From NCBI GenBank assembly GCA_044892525.1, contig CM097885.1, positions 209,498,001 through 209,562,000 of the forward strand: DNA of 64,000 nucleotides, given 5' to 3'. The position numbers were made by a program, and so were the translations under genes. This DNA comes from Schmidtea polychroa (taxonomy: Eukaryota). The notes beneath the pieces were generated by a model. The model was not told the origin of the DNA and ran no database searches. It saw nothing but the letters and a program-made list of their open reading frames with translations. This document shows, one piece after another, positions 26,575 through 40,406 of this stretch; positions within the stretch are counted from its first letter, which is position 1; the number at the start of each line of letters is the position of its first letter.

Positions 26575-27932
26575 AAAGGTTTATCATACATAATATTCAA
26601 TTAAAAATGTCCCATTAAAAAAATATATTGGATACTACTAGTAGTCAACATATTTCATATGCAAATAGCCAATTTGTTTATTAATTCAATAATTTTCAAT
26701 AATGTTCGTAAGAATATATACACCAGTGGTTCCCATTAATTTTTCCCTAAGATGTACTTTTCAAATTGAAAGTAAACAGTGATCTACTTTAGCGTCACAG
26801 GAGGAATTTTTTATCATATTGTAGGTCCATGTGGACATCAGGAGCGTGATTTTAGAACACATGTCTAATGGCTGTCAGAATCGATTTTTTATTGACGATC
26901 TTATAGTCAAATATTAGAATTTTAGTCTAACATATGGTGCTCGTAAAAACAAGACCATACTCAGAATGTAAGTTTGTAACTATCACAACTGGTATAGGCT
27001 CACTGAACGGCTTTCTTATATAAATCAGACGTCTCTTTTATAAACGGTTAGTGTCATACGTTCTTTATGGATGTCTCATTAAAACCTTGCACCAATGATA
27101 TACACCAAAACGCAATTGATAATGGTAAAGTGGCATTTAGTAAAATCCAGTATATTGTGCTTTGTCTTAATTTTAGTATTCAGAGAACGGATGATAGTGC
27201 CAGCATCCCTAAATAGAGCACTCTAGAAGATTCAATTCCATATAACAGCTTGCCTGTTTTATTGTTACTAACATACTAGTTATGTTTTGTTATTTTTCTT
27301 TAATAAATTTTTGTACTTTAATGATAAATTATATAATTAATTGATTTATTCTCATTTTTATTTAATATAAAAATTTTAAATATTTTTTAGATTTTATTAT
27401 AAGAGGTAAGACATTTTTAAGACATATATTTAACCTAGACAAGAACTTCACAGTTCTCCTAAAATATCTTGTTTCATCTTACATTTATGGTAGAACCTTT
27501 AATGTGATTATAGTCATTTCTCAGATTAATCTAATCTGGCTTTTGGATTTCTACATTAATTGCTTAGTATATAGCAGAAAGTTATCGAATCTTATTCTGC
27601 TAAATTCATGTAATGGAAAAACGTTAACCCGTTTTCTATTTTAAATTTTACTAAATACACTATGGATGGAGTTTATATGATGTGCAGTTATTTATAAACA
27701 CTGAATTTTTCTATCCGTCTATAGTGCAAGCCATTATTTAATGTCATGGATTTAATTAAATGCCACTTTTTTGGCGATGACACATACACGTTTATTATAA
27801 GTAGATTTTAATTATATTAATCTAAAAGTCAATTTAATCATCCTTAATTGTCCTTTGGTGTATCTTTCTTACAACAGTGAATTTTTGTATGATGATTACA
27901 CTGTAATCCATTATTTAATGTCATGGATTTAA

Positions 27933-28157
27933 CCTCTTAAGTGGTTTATTTCGTCAAACGAAATGCGCTCCTCAGCGGCGAGTTTTGTTATCCGCTAGCG
28001 TCTTGACCATAGTGTTACAAAAAATAAAATAATATCTTATTGGATGATATTTATTAAGACAATATGTTAACAAATAATATTTATATTTTTATTCGTCTTA
28101 TGCGTTTTGTAATGCATGTGTTGATGATGTATATATCCGTCATAGCCACTTAAGAGG
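27933..28157. mobile_element. piggyBac-type MITE
   Basis: TTAA|CCTCTTAAGTGG ... CCACTTAAGAGG|TTAA: 12-bp TIRs with a TTAA TSD. Confidence 0.88.
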
Positions 28158-28638
28158 TTAATTGAGTGTCCGGTATACCAATGATACACACACACACACA
28201 TATTTATTATGTAGGTTTTATTTATATTAAATCTTTAAATGATTGTCACTAGCTCATCTTCAATTGTACTTTTGTGTAAATCAAAAACAATAAATCGTGT
28301 ACCTTACATGTTATTTTGATATGGCCTTACAAACATTAATATTTCACTTACTTTTGATTTTTCTGAACAATATTTCGCTTATTAAGATGATTATATCAAA
28401 CTTTAACAACATTTTGCAGAATAAATAATTTTCAAATATATCTACTCATTTTGAACCATAAAATATTCAAATTTCAGCTAAATACCGTAACGATTGTGAA
28501 ACGAAAAAGAATAATTTTTTAATAACTATTTCCAAAATAAGATCAAAACTCAAATTAATTTCCAAATAAAACTTCGCAATTATATTCAAAAAAAATGTAA
28601 TAGGTTTATTAAAAAAACAACAAATGAATTTGATTGGT

Positions 28639-31600
28639 TTATAGATTTTTCTTGTGAAGTTGACCAGTCCAAGCACGCAACAATTTCAATCCAAAGAATA
28701 AGGAAAATCCATGAATTTGAATACAACCACAGAAAAAAATATACCACACAACCACCAATGGTAATCCAAAAATATTACTATTTGAAACTTTTGTTTGATA
28801 GAAATCATATAATTCTAGGGCTTTATAGCAGACACCTACTGAAATAGGAATAAATCCAAAAACCATTGTTCCAAACAGAGAAACCCTTAACAAAAAAACT
28901 CGATTCTTTGATAGGGATAAATAGCCAAAAATTGATGGAGTTAAACTTCCCAAAAACCAAACAAATTCCCAGGTATCAGGAGAAGGCAAATTGACCTAAA
29001 TGCATAAATTTTTCTAAATATTTTTGAGAATAACAATAAATTTTTTAATATTACTTATATATAAATCTGAATCAAAATAACGGACTTTTGTTTAGATATC
29101 ATGTTTTTTCAATCAAAACAAATTATTCTCTTAGCATAATAACATTGGTAATTCTATACCTACGTCAAGTAATCAGTCAAAATTTGAATTTTCAAAATAC
29201 GTTATTACAATTGGATTATTAATTAAGATTTCATAGTATAAATTTGTATAATAATTCTTTAGGTATTTGAATTATATTATAAAAAATCCATACTATGAAA
29301 TCCATAATAAATATTGCGTAATGGACAAATATTCTTAGAGAATTTTATAATTTGATAATGGAACTGTTATTATTGAAAAAATCCTTGAGTTGTCTTATTA
29401 ACCAAACATGATTTTTAGAGAATTAGCTAAAAGTACCACGTTACTAGTGGAAAATAGGAATTGTACGCACTAACCAGGCACGGGAAGTGGGGCCTCCACC
29501 CTCTTAAAGTAGTCACATAAATACATTCGGAATAAAAAAATAATAAAAAAGAATCGACAAGTATGAAAAAGAGATCTTATTAGTTCGCGCGGCAGTGGCC
29601 GCACAATCTTTGGTATTCAGAAGGTTAAATAAAACAAAAATATATTTTATATTTCATTAAATTTATATCATAAGAATTGGTTATTGAATATAAAAATGTG
29701 GAGCTCTTGGGAAATCTTGGTAGATTGTCATAAACATTAGTATAAAATGATTGAAGAACGAGGCGAAAATTACGAAATTAAACCGAAATATTCCAACCTT
29801 TACCATTATAATACTAAAATACGGTTACAAATACCGATTATTTGCAAATCGAATATCGGTTGTAGAAATCCGATTTTAAACCTATTATCGTTTCTTAATG
29901 ACCTTCATAAAAACATATTATAACATAATGCAATTTACTTTATGTGTTATCATTGTTATGTGTCATAACATAAGTACATAGAATTAGAGATTTAAATAGA
30001 AAAAATATTAGGGTTGTTAATATTGTTTTTTTTACAAACCGATTATCATTTTTAAAACAGATTATAGAATTTCCTATTTTCGTTTAACAACCCTATAACT
30101 AATGATTTGTAATGCTACTAACAGTTCAGAAGGAATAAAGTCTATCCAAGTGTGTCATTAAAGGATAAATATTAAATTACCAGAAATAAATATTACGATT
30201 GATCATTAGAAGTTATATTTGAACTCACAATTACTACAGTATCATACACACAATATTCTTTGTACATATATAAAAATTGGGTCCTCTAAACATTAGGCAA
30301 GAGGAATAAAACTTGAAGTTATAAGGCAATATAAAAAGCGCTATTGACGAAATAATGTTTCAATTCTCATATACAACTCACTCTATCAAGACCACTCTAG
30401 CACGCTAATCACCCAACATATATAAAATCAATAATTTACTTAAGCTCTTCAGATAATTTTATCTCACACAAGATTGGCAATTAATGTTAATTTATCTGTA
30501 AGGTGAAAACAGTAATTTCAAATAACTGTTTAATCCGGTAGAAAAGTTATATACGGGAAAGTTTCCATTACTTGCAAGATTCACTTAACTCTAATTGATT
30601 TTGAAGTAAATATTATTTAGTCTTTGATCAGAACAAACCAAAGTTATAATTTCCTAACATAATACAGTAATACCTCGAGTAGCACTATAGACATGTTCCT
30701 AAAAAGTAAAGCGCTTAACTTAGTCGTTTTCATGTATAATAAATAGAGATGAGAGAACATTCGACCAGGAATATAATTTTAAATGACCTCTTTAATATTT
30801 TTTTGTTGTTTTTTTTTACTTTACTACCCGGAGGAGTACATGATAAATATAACTTCATGACACGGCTTTCAGAGACAAAAAATACATTACTATAAAATAT
30901 ATGAATTCAGCGGCACATTTGAGGGATTCAAGATGCCTTACCTCTATCTCAACATTTGAGAAAAACCTCTAGAAAATTACATTGATATGCTAATATCGAA
31001 GTGTGACAAATAGAAATATCCAAATAGTAGATTATTCAAAATATTTTCAATTCTGTTAATATCGACAGGTTATCTTCTATCTTAGTAGAAAGAATGGTCA
31101 CTAATAATCTTGTTTAACTTATCGAGTGTCATATTCCCTTTCACACAATAATACAATTTTCTTTTCTATTGTCATGAACATAACAACTTATAATTAATTT
31201 TTTGTTATACATTAATGACTTTAATAATAAAAATCATATATTCCATAAAAACCTGTAATCAAAAGCATGAAAAGTTTTTTAAATCGCTATGAATACAAAG
31301 TAAAATGAAGTTAATCGATAATCTGCGAAAATTATTATATGTCCGAAAGAACATGGAAAGATTTGCATAATATGAATCTTCTGTAATATATTTCATTGAA
31401 GTACCACCTTGAAGCCATTTAAAAGCATATATAAGATATAGGTTGTCGCATACACAATTGAACTGAATGTTTCGACCAGTCAGGGGGGGATTGCCTCTGA
31501 CTGGCAGTTTGTTTGGCGTTTTTTGTATCGCGTCTGTGTGCGCGGTATGATTAGACCGAATTTTATTGGTGTGCGCACGCAGACGCGAGAAGTAGGTTTA

Positions 31601-34018
31601 CGTTTATATTGTGATTTTTTATATATTAATTTGTAGAATAACAATTGTTTGGCTGAATCAATCGATTTGTTTTCTGGAATTGTAGATTTAGAATGGATTT
31701 TGAATTCTAAGTTTTGTTGGGTTAAATGAATTGATTTGAACTCGATTGGAATTTTTTGTGTTCTGGGCTGAAATATGGAAGATAATGAATGTTTGATATG
31801 TCGTATTTCAATGAGCAATATAGCGAAGGTAATATTTGAAAGTTGTAGACATGCGTTTTGTATCTGTTGCGCGAAGAGATGTCTTTCCAGCAGCGAAACT
31901 TGTCCATGTGATCGTGGCTCAACAAGATCGTTGCAAATGATTAATGGAAGTTTATCAAAACGATTGGAAATCAACGATTTAATCTCTGTAAATCATGAAA
32001 TGACAGAATAGGAACTCCAAGATGTTTTTGTGGGGTTTCCCAGAGCGATAAAAAGATAAACTTGCTAACTTATGAATATGATATTCTATTTAATCGAGCT
32101 CTTAAAAGGATAAACACAATTCGAATGTTTAATAGCCAAAGTGTTGAACAATTATCCAATGCTTAATTTCTAATTGACATTAATTCAATTTCTCAAATGT
32201 TTATTCGCCAAAGTGTTGAGCAATTATCCAATGCTTCCAATTCAATCATGGCTCAATCTCAAGTTATTTGACACGTTAAATGGTTTGATAAACAATGGTT
32301 GTGTGAAAATAGAGCGTGTGATACGATCAATTACAAGGAAATTCTTCTAACTTGTTTTAGACGAAAATACTGAATATAATGCAGACCTGCACAATTAAAG
32401 ACGCGTCGATAGCCAAAAATTGGTTAGTTAATAGAGAATACTGTATACTTCTATGAAACACATTGGTATTAATTTGCAATATAGATTAGATTTATTTTTT
32501 AAATATATCAATTTCCTCTAACTTTTTTTGGAAAGTGTTCACGTACCGCATTTTCTTAGAAATAACGTTGCATAATGCGAAAGTCACGTGGCGGTTACGA
32601 GTGAGTGATATGATATCAAACGTGTTAATTAATCCCTTTCATTTCAACAGAAAACGTTCGTGTAAGCGGGATTTCGGCAATTATTAGCAGTGAATTGGGT
32701 AATAACAAAAAGTAGTGATAAATGTGGGAGTTATGTAGAAATGGCATCGCTTAGAGAAGGCACAAAATGGTGCTTAAGAGGTAAAATCTTTATAACAATC
32801 AACTCAATTTTATTCAATCTGCATTAATTTGCAAAAATCCGTTTCATTAACCCTCCCATAAAAAATTAAATCCTTACTGCGCTCATGTATAAATCAATAA
32901 ATGTATGTCATTTAAAATACTAAAACTTTACTATAAATATTTTCTTTAATACACAAAATACTTAATCGTAATTCAAATATTTTGACACGTTTAATGTCTC
33001 AAATACGAAATATCTCGTAATATTTAACTAATTTCTTCATGTATAAATAAAATAAATAATTAAATTATTGGATTAAAATTTCTAGCTTCAGTGAATAAAA
33101 AATATTTAAAATAAATACAAATTTTCCGTTACCAATTTTTAAAATTTTTTCAATTATCGTTTAGAAGTATTTTTAATATAATGTTCAATTTAATTAAATT
33201 ATATTTTGCTGATTCTGTTTTTTTTTATTCGTTTAGAAATTACGTAAACAAAAAAACAAGAAATCAGTTATTAGTAGAATATCAAACTGAAATTTTTATA
33301 TAAATTAATGCTTGATATTTATATTAAGAAATACATAGATTTTGAATAGCCAGCTTTTATGCTGATATTGGAAAACCAGTTTTAACAAACACACATTAAA
33401 TATTAATTGGAATTTATTTAGGCTAAATTAAATGCAGTCGATTATATTCTAAACTACGATGTACTAATTTTTACCTCTAATCGAAATATCTGAAAAAAAA
33501 TTTCATACATATTACCACCATAGAAACATATAAATATTTCACTGTAAATATGTAAATATAATAATCAATATATATTTCGTTCATTATTTTTAAATACTAT
33601 TTTCAGTTTTGAAGCAAAATTTTTAATGTTTGAGAAATTAAATTTAAAAATTTTCTTAATCATATTATTGATTTAAATATTTAGTCACAGGCTAATTAAA
33701 GTCTAAGTGTGAAAGTTTTTTGTTTTCATATATTTTACAAAAAAATTAAAAATCTTACACTTTTAAAATATTCTAAAGTAATTCCTAAATTTCGAAAAAT
33801 TTCTGGGATAAATTTCAGAAGAATAATCAACCAAACAATGGCATGACATGAATAAACGAATCTCAATCGCTTTTTCAAAAATGGGCTTATGAATAGATTA
33901 AATAGTTAACGAAACTAAATTGTTGTTACCTAATATTGTATTGATTAGCAACTTTTTCTCTATGGCGAAAGTCAGATCCATCTGTTCCTAGTGCCCTTGC
34001 TCCTGTTTTCGATGCCAT
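28639..34018 (-). CDS. JAGN1: Protein jagunal homolog (ER membrane protein), 3 exons, 190 aa
   Basis: Exons 33930-34018 ([27 protein letters not shown], the diagnostic jagunal N-terminus), 33759-33885 ([22 protein letters not shown]) and 28639-28995 (LPSPDTWE...[12 protein letters not shown]...[17 protein letters not shown]). GT-AG junctions, phase-consistent; introns 44 nt and ~4.8 kb. Confidence 0.95.
31775..32373 (+). pseudogene. Intronless RING-finger (C3HC4) plus RanBP2-like zinc-finger gene fragment, disrupted
   Basis: [42 protein letters not shown] is a RING pattern. After a frameshift and stops comes [20 protein letters not shown], a degenerate RanBP2-type finger. Lies antisense inside jagunal intron 2. 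Confidence 0.6.
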
Positions 34019-34913
34019 GTGTATTGTATAATTTGAATTTAAATTTTCAACTAGTTAAAACAAGTGAAAAATAGGATATTCAGTTTCTCAGTAATAAAAA
34101 GCTACAGATATATATAAAATTACTACTGTCTTTTACTTTAAAAATAATGAAAATAATTTTAAAAATATAGCAAAATAATTTAGCTAAAATAATTAAAGAG
34201 CTATTTAGTATATTAGTTTAGTATTTTAAATAAAAGTAGGTATTAAATTAGAAATATAAATTTAAATATATATATATATATCTTGTAAGTAAGTTAGCTA
34301 TTTTGTAATAGAAACTGAATATATAGAAAATGTGAGAACCGGATCAAAACTTAACAATATTGACGAATCAGTAACATCAATGTGGAGATATGCAACACCA
34401 CCCATTAACGGAGAGGTAATTGAATTGATTCAAGCAGTCGCAACAAGTAAAGATATCGAAGGATATGTCAATATCCTAAATCATAAAGGAGCTAGTTTTT
34501 AAGGGAAATAAGAAAGCAGCCAGATCATTGATTAATTGAAAGAAACCTAGAGATACGGAATGGGCAATGAACATCAACAATAATTTTATAGAAAGGAAGA
34601 ACAAACTAAAGCAAATGGCAATATGTTTCAGGAAGCCAGAAATATTATTAACATTATTACTCATAAAAAATTTGAAATTTACGAATAACTCACACGAGAA
34701 TGAAAAGATCGGATTTTGGAAAAAGAACTGATGGACCTATTGGGTTGGTAAGGAGCAAGCACATATTGAGTTTCTTAAAGTCTTTTAAATGTCTTTCGAA
34801 CTCTTAAACCAAACTTTTGATCTGTTCCGCATATCTAGTAATATTACAGTTTACATTTTCTGATTCTTTTTATTGTGACAACATATTTGGTAAAAAAGTT
34901 AAATTTTTGTCCT

Positions 34914-36250
34914 CTATTTGGTAATAAGTAAATGAAGCTTCTGTATGAATGCATTGATTAAACTTATAATATCGAATATCAATTTATCCTTACCTTGTAA
35001 GTCGAGATTTAATTCATTCAGCAGCGTTGCTGTAATATCTACGAAAAATGCCAAATCCAAGAGCCAAACATTATCCTCCAATTGCTTGAACTCATCACCT
35101 CTTGCGGCAAGGAACAATTTAATCTCTGAAAGCAAATTTCTAAATATTTGTAAACGTTTTTCTCGAATTAACCACCTTGCATCGTTATGTATAAATAATT
35201 CGGTAGGATCTTCGCTATTACTTTCTTCAACTTGTAATTTGAAAAGTCCTTTCTGAAGACTTCTTGCATGAATCGAGTCAGGGCCGTGAACAGGGGGGAG
35301 AAAGGGGCGCCAAAATCGCGACTACACTGGAAAGGCGCAAATTGATAAAAGTTGTTAAATATTTTATTTGTCGCTTGTAAGAAAAGGGAGATTTATTCCG
35401 AACCAATATACAATATGACATTTTAAAAAGTCTGTAAGAAAACCAAAATAATAATCATTTTTGTGATTTCATTATGTCATTATTGTTAGAACTTCTTCAA
35501 ATTTTTCAAATAAATAGCATATACCTAGTTTATATTTTGGTATAAACTTGCTTAGTTTGTTTTGTTTTTTTATATTTTTTAATAAAATAATGTGTTTATT
35601 TGGGTGTCAGGACAGAATTACACTTGAAAAAATTAGAAATGAAATTTGTAATGAAATATTTGAAACTTTTCATGAAAAAAGTGAAAATTTGGACAAACTT
35701 GTAAATGTTGAACCTATATTAGAGCAAGAAAGAAGACTTAAGATTCGCAAACAATACGACTATGAATCTTTGGATACCAATTTAAACGAATCTAAAAAAT
35801 GTCGTTTAATATATATATCGAGGCTATTTGAAAAACTTCAACAGGTATCACGTGATTTCGATTTTCTTATTGGCAGTTTTGTCTTCGCAGGGCCCTGTAT
35901 ATAACGATTGAATAAACCTTTTTTGAATATATGCTATTTAATATTCTGCTATTTAGTAACTCCCGCGTTTTTGGGAGGAGGGCGCTCTATTTTGTTTTGG
36001 CCCCGGGCGCAGTTTTGTCTTCCCTAGGCCCTGAATCGAGTTAGCAATTTTGAATGTTATGTCCATAATATCTGTCATATTAAGACTTTTAGCACACAAG
36101 GCTTGTTGATGAAGAATACAGTGGTAGGAAAGAAAATCTGGGAAGTCGCAATCATTCCTACAATAAGTTATAAATCCGTAATGACGCCCTATCATAGCTG
36201 ACGTGTGATCTGTTGTTATTGAGACAAGCTTACAAATTTGGAGCTGAATG
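34914..36250 (-). pseudogene. hAT transposase fragment (SPIN/GTF2IRD2-like), split by a MITE
   Basis: SITTDHTSAMIGRHYG...YHCILHQQALCAK...FKIANSI|HARSLQKGLF...ARW...WLLDLAFFVDIT..LNELNLDLQGKDK. The frame rejoins exactly when 35279-36033 and one TSD copy are removed. Confidence 0.85.
35279..36033. mobile_element. hAT-type non-autonomous element
   Basis: Termini CAGGGCC...GGCCCTG with a perfect 8-bp TSD AATCGAGT. Confidence 0.88.
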
Positions 36251-37399
36251 CTATTGCCAAAAGATAGAATATATTTGCGGAGACAAAGAAACACATACGG
36301 TTTGAAGCGACAAAATACAACAGCATCCAAGGGTTTTTATCGGAAACCAATTACATTGTATGCATCAAAAAGAAAAGTCAGAAAGAGCAATGGTTAGGAA
36401 TAACTACAGCAAAAGAACCATTTTGAGAACCAATCCAACAATGAATGGGGCTAAAATATTACCAAGAATCAACTAAACGATGAGACAGGGCATCGATGAG
36501 AAACGAATAGACTAAATATGTCTATGAAAACATTACGAAAGTTCCATAAGATGTCGAAAGTGGATATGGTGAAAAGTATGTAATGATAATTTGCAACTAA
36601 ACTGAGAACACAATGTACCAGATATGTACAAAAAGAGGGGAGCAAGTATCTTGCATTCTAAAAGAAACGGATGGTTCTTAGACATTAAATATGAACAAAT
36701 GAACAACCACAAGAAGAACCCAGATATCAATACCGTTGTAGAGAAATACAAATGACAAATAGTACTGAAAGATCGAAAATCCTAGAAGTTAAACAAGGCG
36801 TAACCCCGGAAGCATAGTACAAGATTTAAAATTAGAAGTTGAATCACAAGATCAGATATCAATATAAATAATTAATTAAAGTCATCTTGAAGCCGGAGAT
36901 ATTAGAATAACCAATTTACAAAGAAAATCAATTAAAGAGATATATGTAAAAGAGAGCAAGATCAAACGCGACAAACATACAGCTATCTAAATTTCCGAAA
37001 CGGGGCATTACCTGATTCACGAGTTACGAGTCAACTCTAAGTCATAAAAAATACTGGTAAGATTTAATTGACATTTGAAAATTTAAAAATTTTAAGATTT
37101 TTTTCTTTTTATAAACTTAATTAATTTTTATAAAAAATTGTAATTAGTTTATTTTAAGAAAAAATAAAACGAAACTATTTTCGATATTTGATACTATTTT
37201 TTAAAATTAGTTAAATTAAAATAAATCATTTGAAAAAGGCTGTGCCTAAAATTCGTGAATATCATAAAAAACATCGATATAATTACTGATTCATAGTGTT
37301 GGCGCTTAGAGGTGTGTCATATTAGATGTGTTAGGGGTACTTATAGATTCTGTATCGATTCCGTCATGGTTCATTATCTATTTCTTTATTAGATTATTG

Positions 37400-37860
37400 T
37401 TGTTGATTCATATAATTATTGTCCGCCTTACAAGATGCTTTCTAATATTATCTCCAAATATTTTGCGCAGGGATCAGGCCTTATTTCCCAGTTAATAAAT
37501 GTCCTTGTATACTTTCTCCAATACTCGTGAATATTCCACTTATCATTCAAAGATTTGAGCAGGGATCTGCCTATATTTCCAATTCTGATCTATTTGACAT
37601 CCTAAACACTTATAGATTCTATAATATTGCTCAAACTGAACCTTATCTACTTCCAACCGATCTCATCTACTCTATCACCGCTCCTAACCCCATAAAATTC
37701 ATTAAAATAATGGCGACGGACCTATCCTATGCTACCTCTATTTAAAACAATGCTCCGAATTGTCAAACATCCGCTGAGCATTGGCACGAGTGCCAGCACC
37801 TCACTAACATCATTCAATCCGAAGACTTTCAAAACATAAAATCAAATGAAATAACATTCA
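37400..37860 (+). pseudogene. Possible 3' fragment of a non-LTR retrotransposon
   Basis: NCQTSAEHWHECQHL resembles the C-terminal CCHC-like motif of LINE ORF2. The surrounding frames are broken. Confidence 0.3.
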
Positions 37861-38406
37861 TGTAAACTGTAAATATAACTCAAACTTCAAAAGCGAAATA
37901 AACAATAAAAAGAACAAAACAACAAAAAAAACAACTAAACTAAATTAAATTTAAAGTTTTATTAAATCATGACATTGCATAAAATTATACCTTAAAATTG
38001 CCAAATCCATTTCAACTTACCACGATGGCATGAACCAAAAACTGAGATAGCTGATCGCAAATTTTCTTAAATGTCAAAAATAAATGAATTTCCCACAGTC
38101 TGAAAAGTTTGATTTTAAGTTGAAAAATTAGTTCTTTAACTGAATACTGATTTATACTGATTTTGATTGTGCATCCATGCATTCTCTGCCACTAGATCCA
38201 ATCAGAATACGAAAAATTTGAATTACCTTTGCATCCATGCATGAGTGTGCGTAATTGTTTATTTTTAATTTAATCGATTTAATTAATTAATTAATTTAAT
38301 TTTTATCAATATCAACAATTTTTTTATTTTACTTCATTTAATTAAAAAAAAATTTTTCTGTTCCTTTTCTTAACGTAAGCACTCATTGCCATAGCTCCTT
38401 CGTATG

Positions 38407-38630
38407 CAGTGGTGTGCAGGAGCCGGCTCGCTCCGGCTCGCTCGAGCCGGTTGTTACGGATTTACCAGCACCCCTCTGTTCGTATGTAAATGTGAGTCAT
38501 AGCATCCCTAATTAATTCGATTATGGTCTTTCGTATGTATATATGACCAATAATCCTTCTTAAAATTTCTCTTTCTATTATTAATTTATTTATTATCAAT
38601 TATTATTTTATTTATTATTCTTTCATTTTT
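38407..38630 (+). mobile_element. Left end of a hAT-type element
   Basis: CAGTGGTGTGCAGGAGCCGGCTCGCTCCGGCTCGCTCGAGCCGG, a CAG-initiated terminus with GAGCCGG subterminal palindromes. No right end found. Confidence 0.45.
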
Positions 38631-38864
38631 CAAGTGGCCAGATTTCCAGCATGCGTTATTTTTCTCTTAACTGTGTTGGTGATTGCAACTTCTTGCGTTT
38701 CTTTTTTTTATTATAGATGTTTCATTCATCCTCAATGTATTGTGTACCTTATTTTGTATTATTTGGTGTATGATCAGAGAGTTTGATTCAACTTGTTGCG
38801 GCTTTTATGCTATGTATTTTCAATCCATTAAAACAAACTCTCAATTCTCGGTTCTAGCCCAACA
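38630..38864 (-). mobile_element. 5' tip (E5) of the giant LTR-like family
   Basis: The minus strand begins TGTTGGGCTAGAAC, identical to the first 14 nt of 48953. It continues with A-rich sequence including GAGTTTGTTTTAATG, also seen at about 49557. Confidence 0.55.
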
Positions 38865-40406
38865 ATAGTCAAAATATTTCTAATAAATACAATACAAATA
38901 ATTTTTAAAATAGTAATAATTAATGAAATATCGTTTATCCAATAACCCTAACAATAACGCGAACAAATGTAAAAGAAAATGAACCAAAAAGCAGAAATCG
39001 AGTGGAACATTTACGCAGATCTGTTGAAGATGATAAACCGAAAGGGTCCATATAATTCAACAATATGAATGAATAGGACAAATAACGTCGAATCAAAATG
39101 TGTTAGCGTAATTATGAATACGAGAAATCAACAGTGTTTTTCAGATCTAATTTCTGACATTAAATATCAGCAATGTGTAATTGATACGGAAGAAAGATGG
39201 AAAGTGTGTCATATAAAAAGAACTTTGAAAAATCAAATATCTATCAAAGCAATGAACTCTACGTCAATGGAGCCAAAAATGGAACTAAGTCAGTTTAAAG
39301 CTGGCGAATATTTATTAAATAAGGATAAAAAACAAATATATCTAGTATTAAAACACCGAGTTAAAACACCGATTAATAACCAAAATAATTGCGACGATAA
39401 ATATGACAACCACAATTACTTTAACCATTCAATTAGAGTCAGAAGTTGCTTTAAAAATATTAAGTATGATAGTTACGCTTGGAATTATGCGATAGATATA
39501 TCTAACTGGAAAGCGTAAAAGAGAACTGAGGAGACTTAGACAATAGCCAACAATGTGTATGTTCGATTATAATATTTCGCCCAAAAATCAAGAGATGGAA
39601 GAAATATACAAGAAATTCTGAAGAGATAAACAGGAAACGACGAGAGCTAGGATAAATAATAGGCAGCTAGTACTAGCACACATGACATAACTAATGACTG
39701 GAAACTAAATTTACCCTAAAACAAATGAACTTTTTGAAGATATGTATAAAAACAATAGCCTCTATTAGCGACAGTGATGTAAAAAGAATAGAAAAGGTGC
39801 ATAGGAAATAGAAAGATTGTGTTGGAGATGTATGTTGACACCTTGAACCTGTCATTTCGCAAACTTAGCAGCCCATGTTGTTTTCATCTTTGTCTTCGAA
39901 TTTCACCCAGATTGCACATCATCAACTTCACTCTTGACGGATGTAGCCTGACTGTGTCATGTTTTTAATTGGGGCATGTGACAGTGGATAACTGAAAATA
40001 TAGAACAAAAGGAATATATTTGCTTTGGGCGTGTAGGCAATAATACCAATGTAAATCAATGACCTCAACCCCACAATTTTAATTTGACTTGGTGCTTTTT
40101 TCTTATTATGCATTACTACTAAATGAAAAAATAATAAACCTTATCTTAAATTTCGCCCAACAATTTCGATGTCATGCAGCCATTATACTATAATTAATAT
40201 TCACTAATATTTAATACGATTTTCAAATATACACAGTTATATTTTTAAAAATAATTAAAAAAGATTATTATTTATAATTAATTTTATAATTACAAAATTT
40301 ATAATTAATTATTTATTAATTAAATTTTTTTGAATAAAATAAAAATATGACAGATTGAATTAATATTACAGTTTGAAAATTAAGTTGTTTTAATATAAAT
40401 GTTTCT

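Noticed and set aside
31480-31974. 164-aa minus-strand ORF
   Set aside because: Antisense shadow of the RING ORF and its promoter-like region, with no recognisable features.
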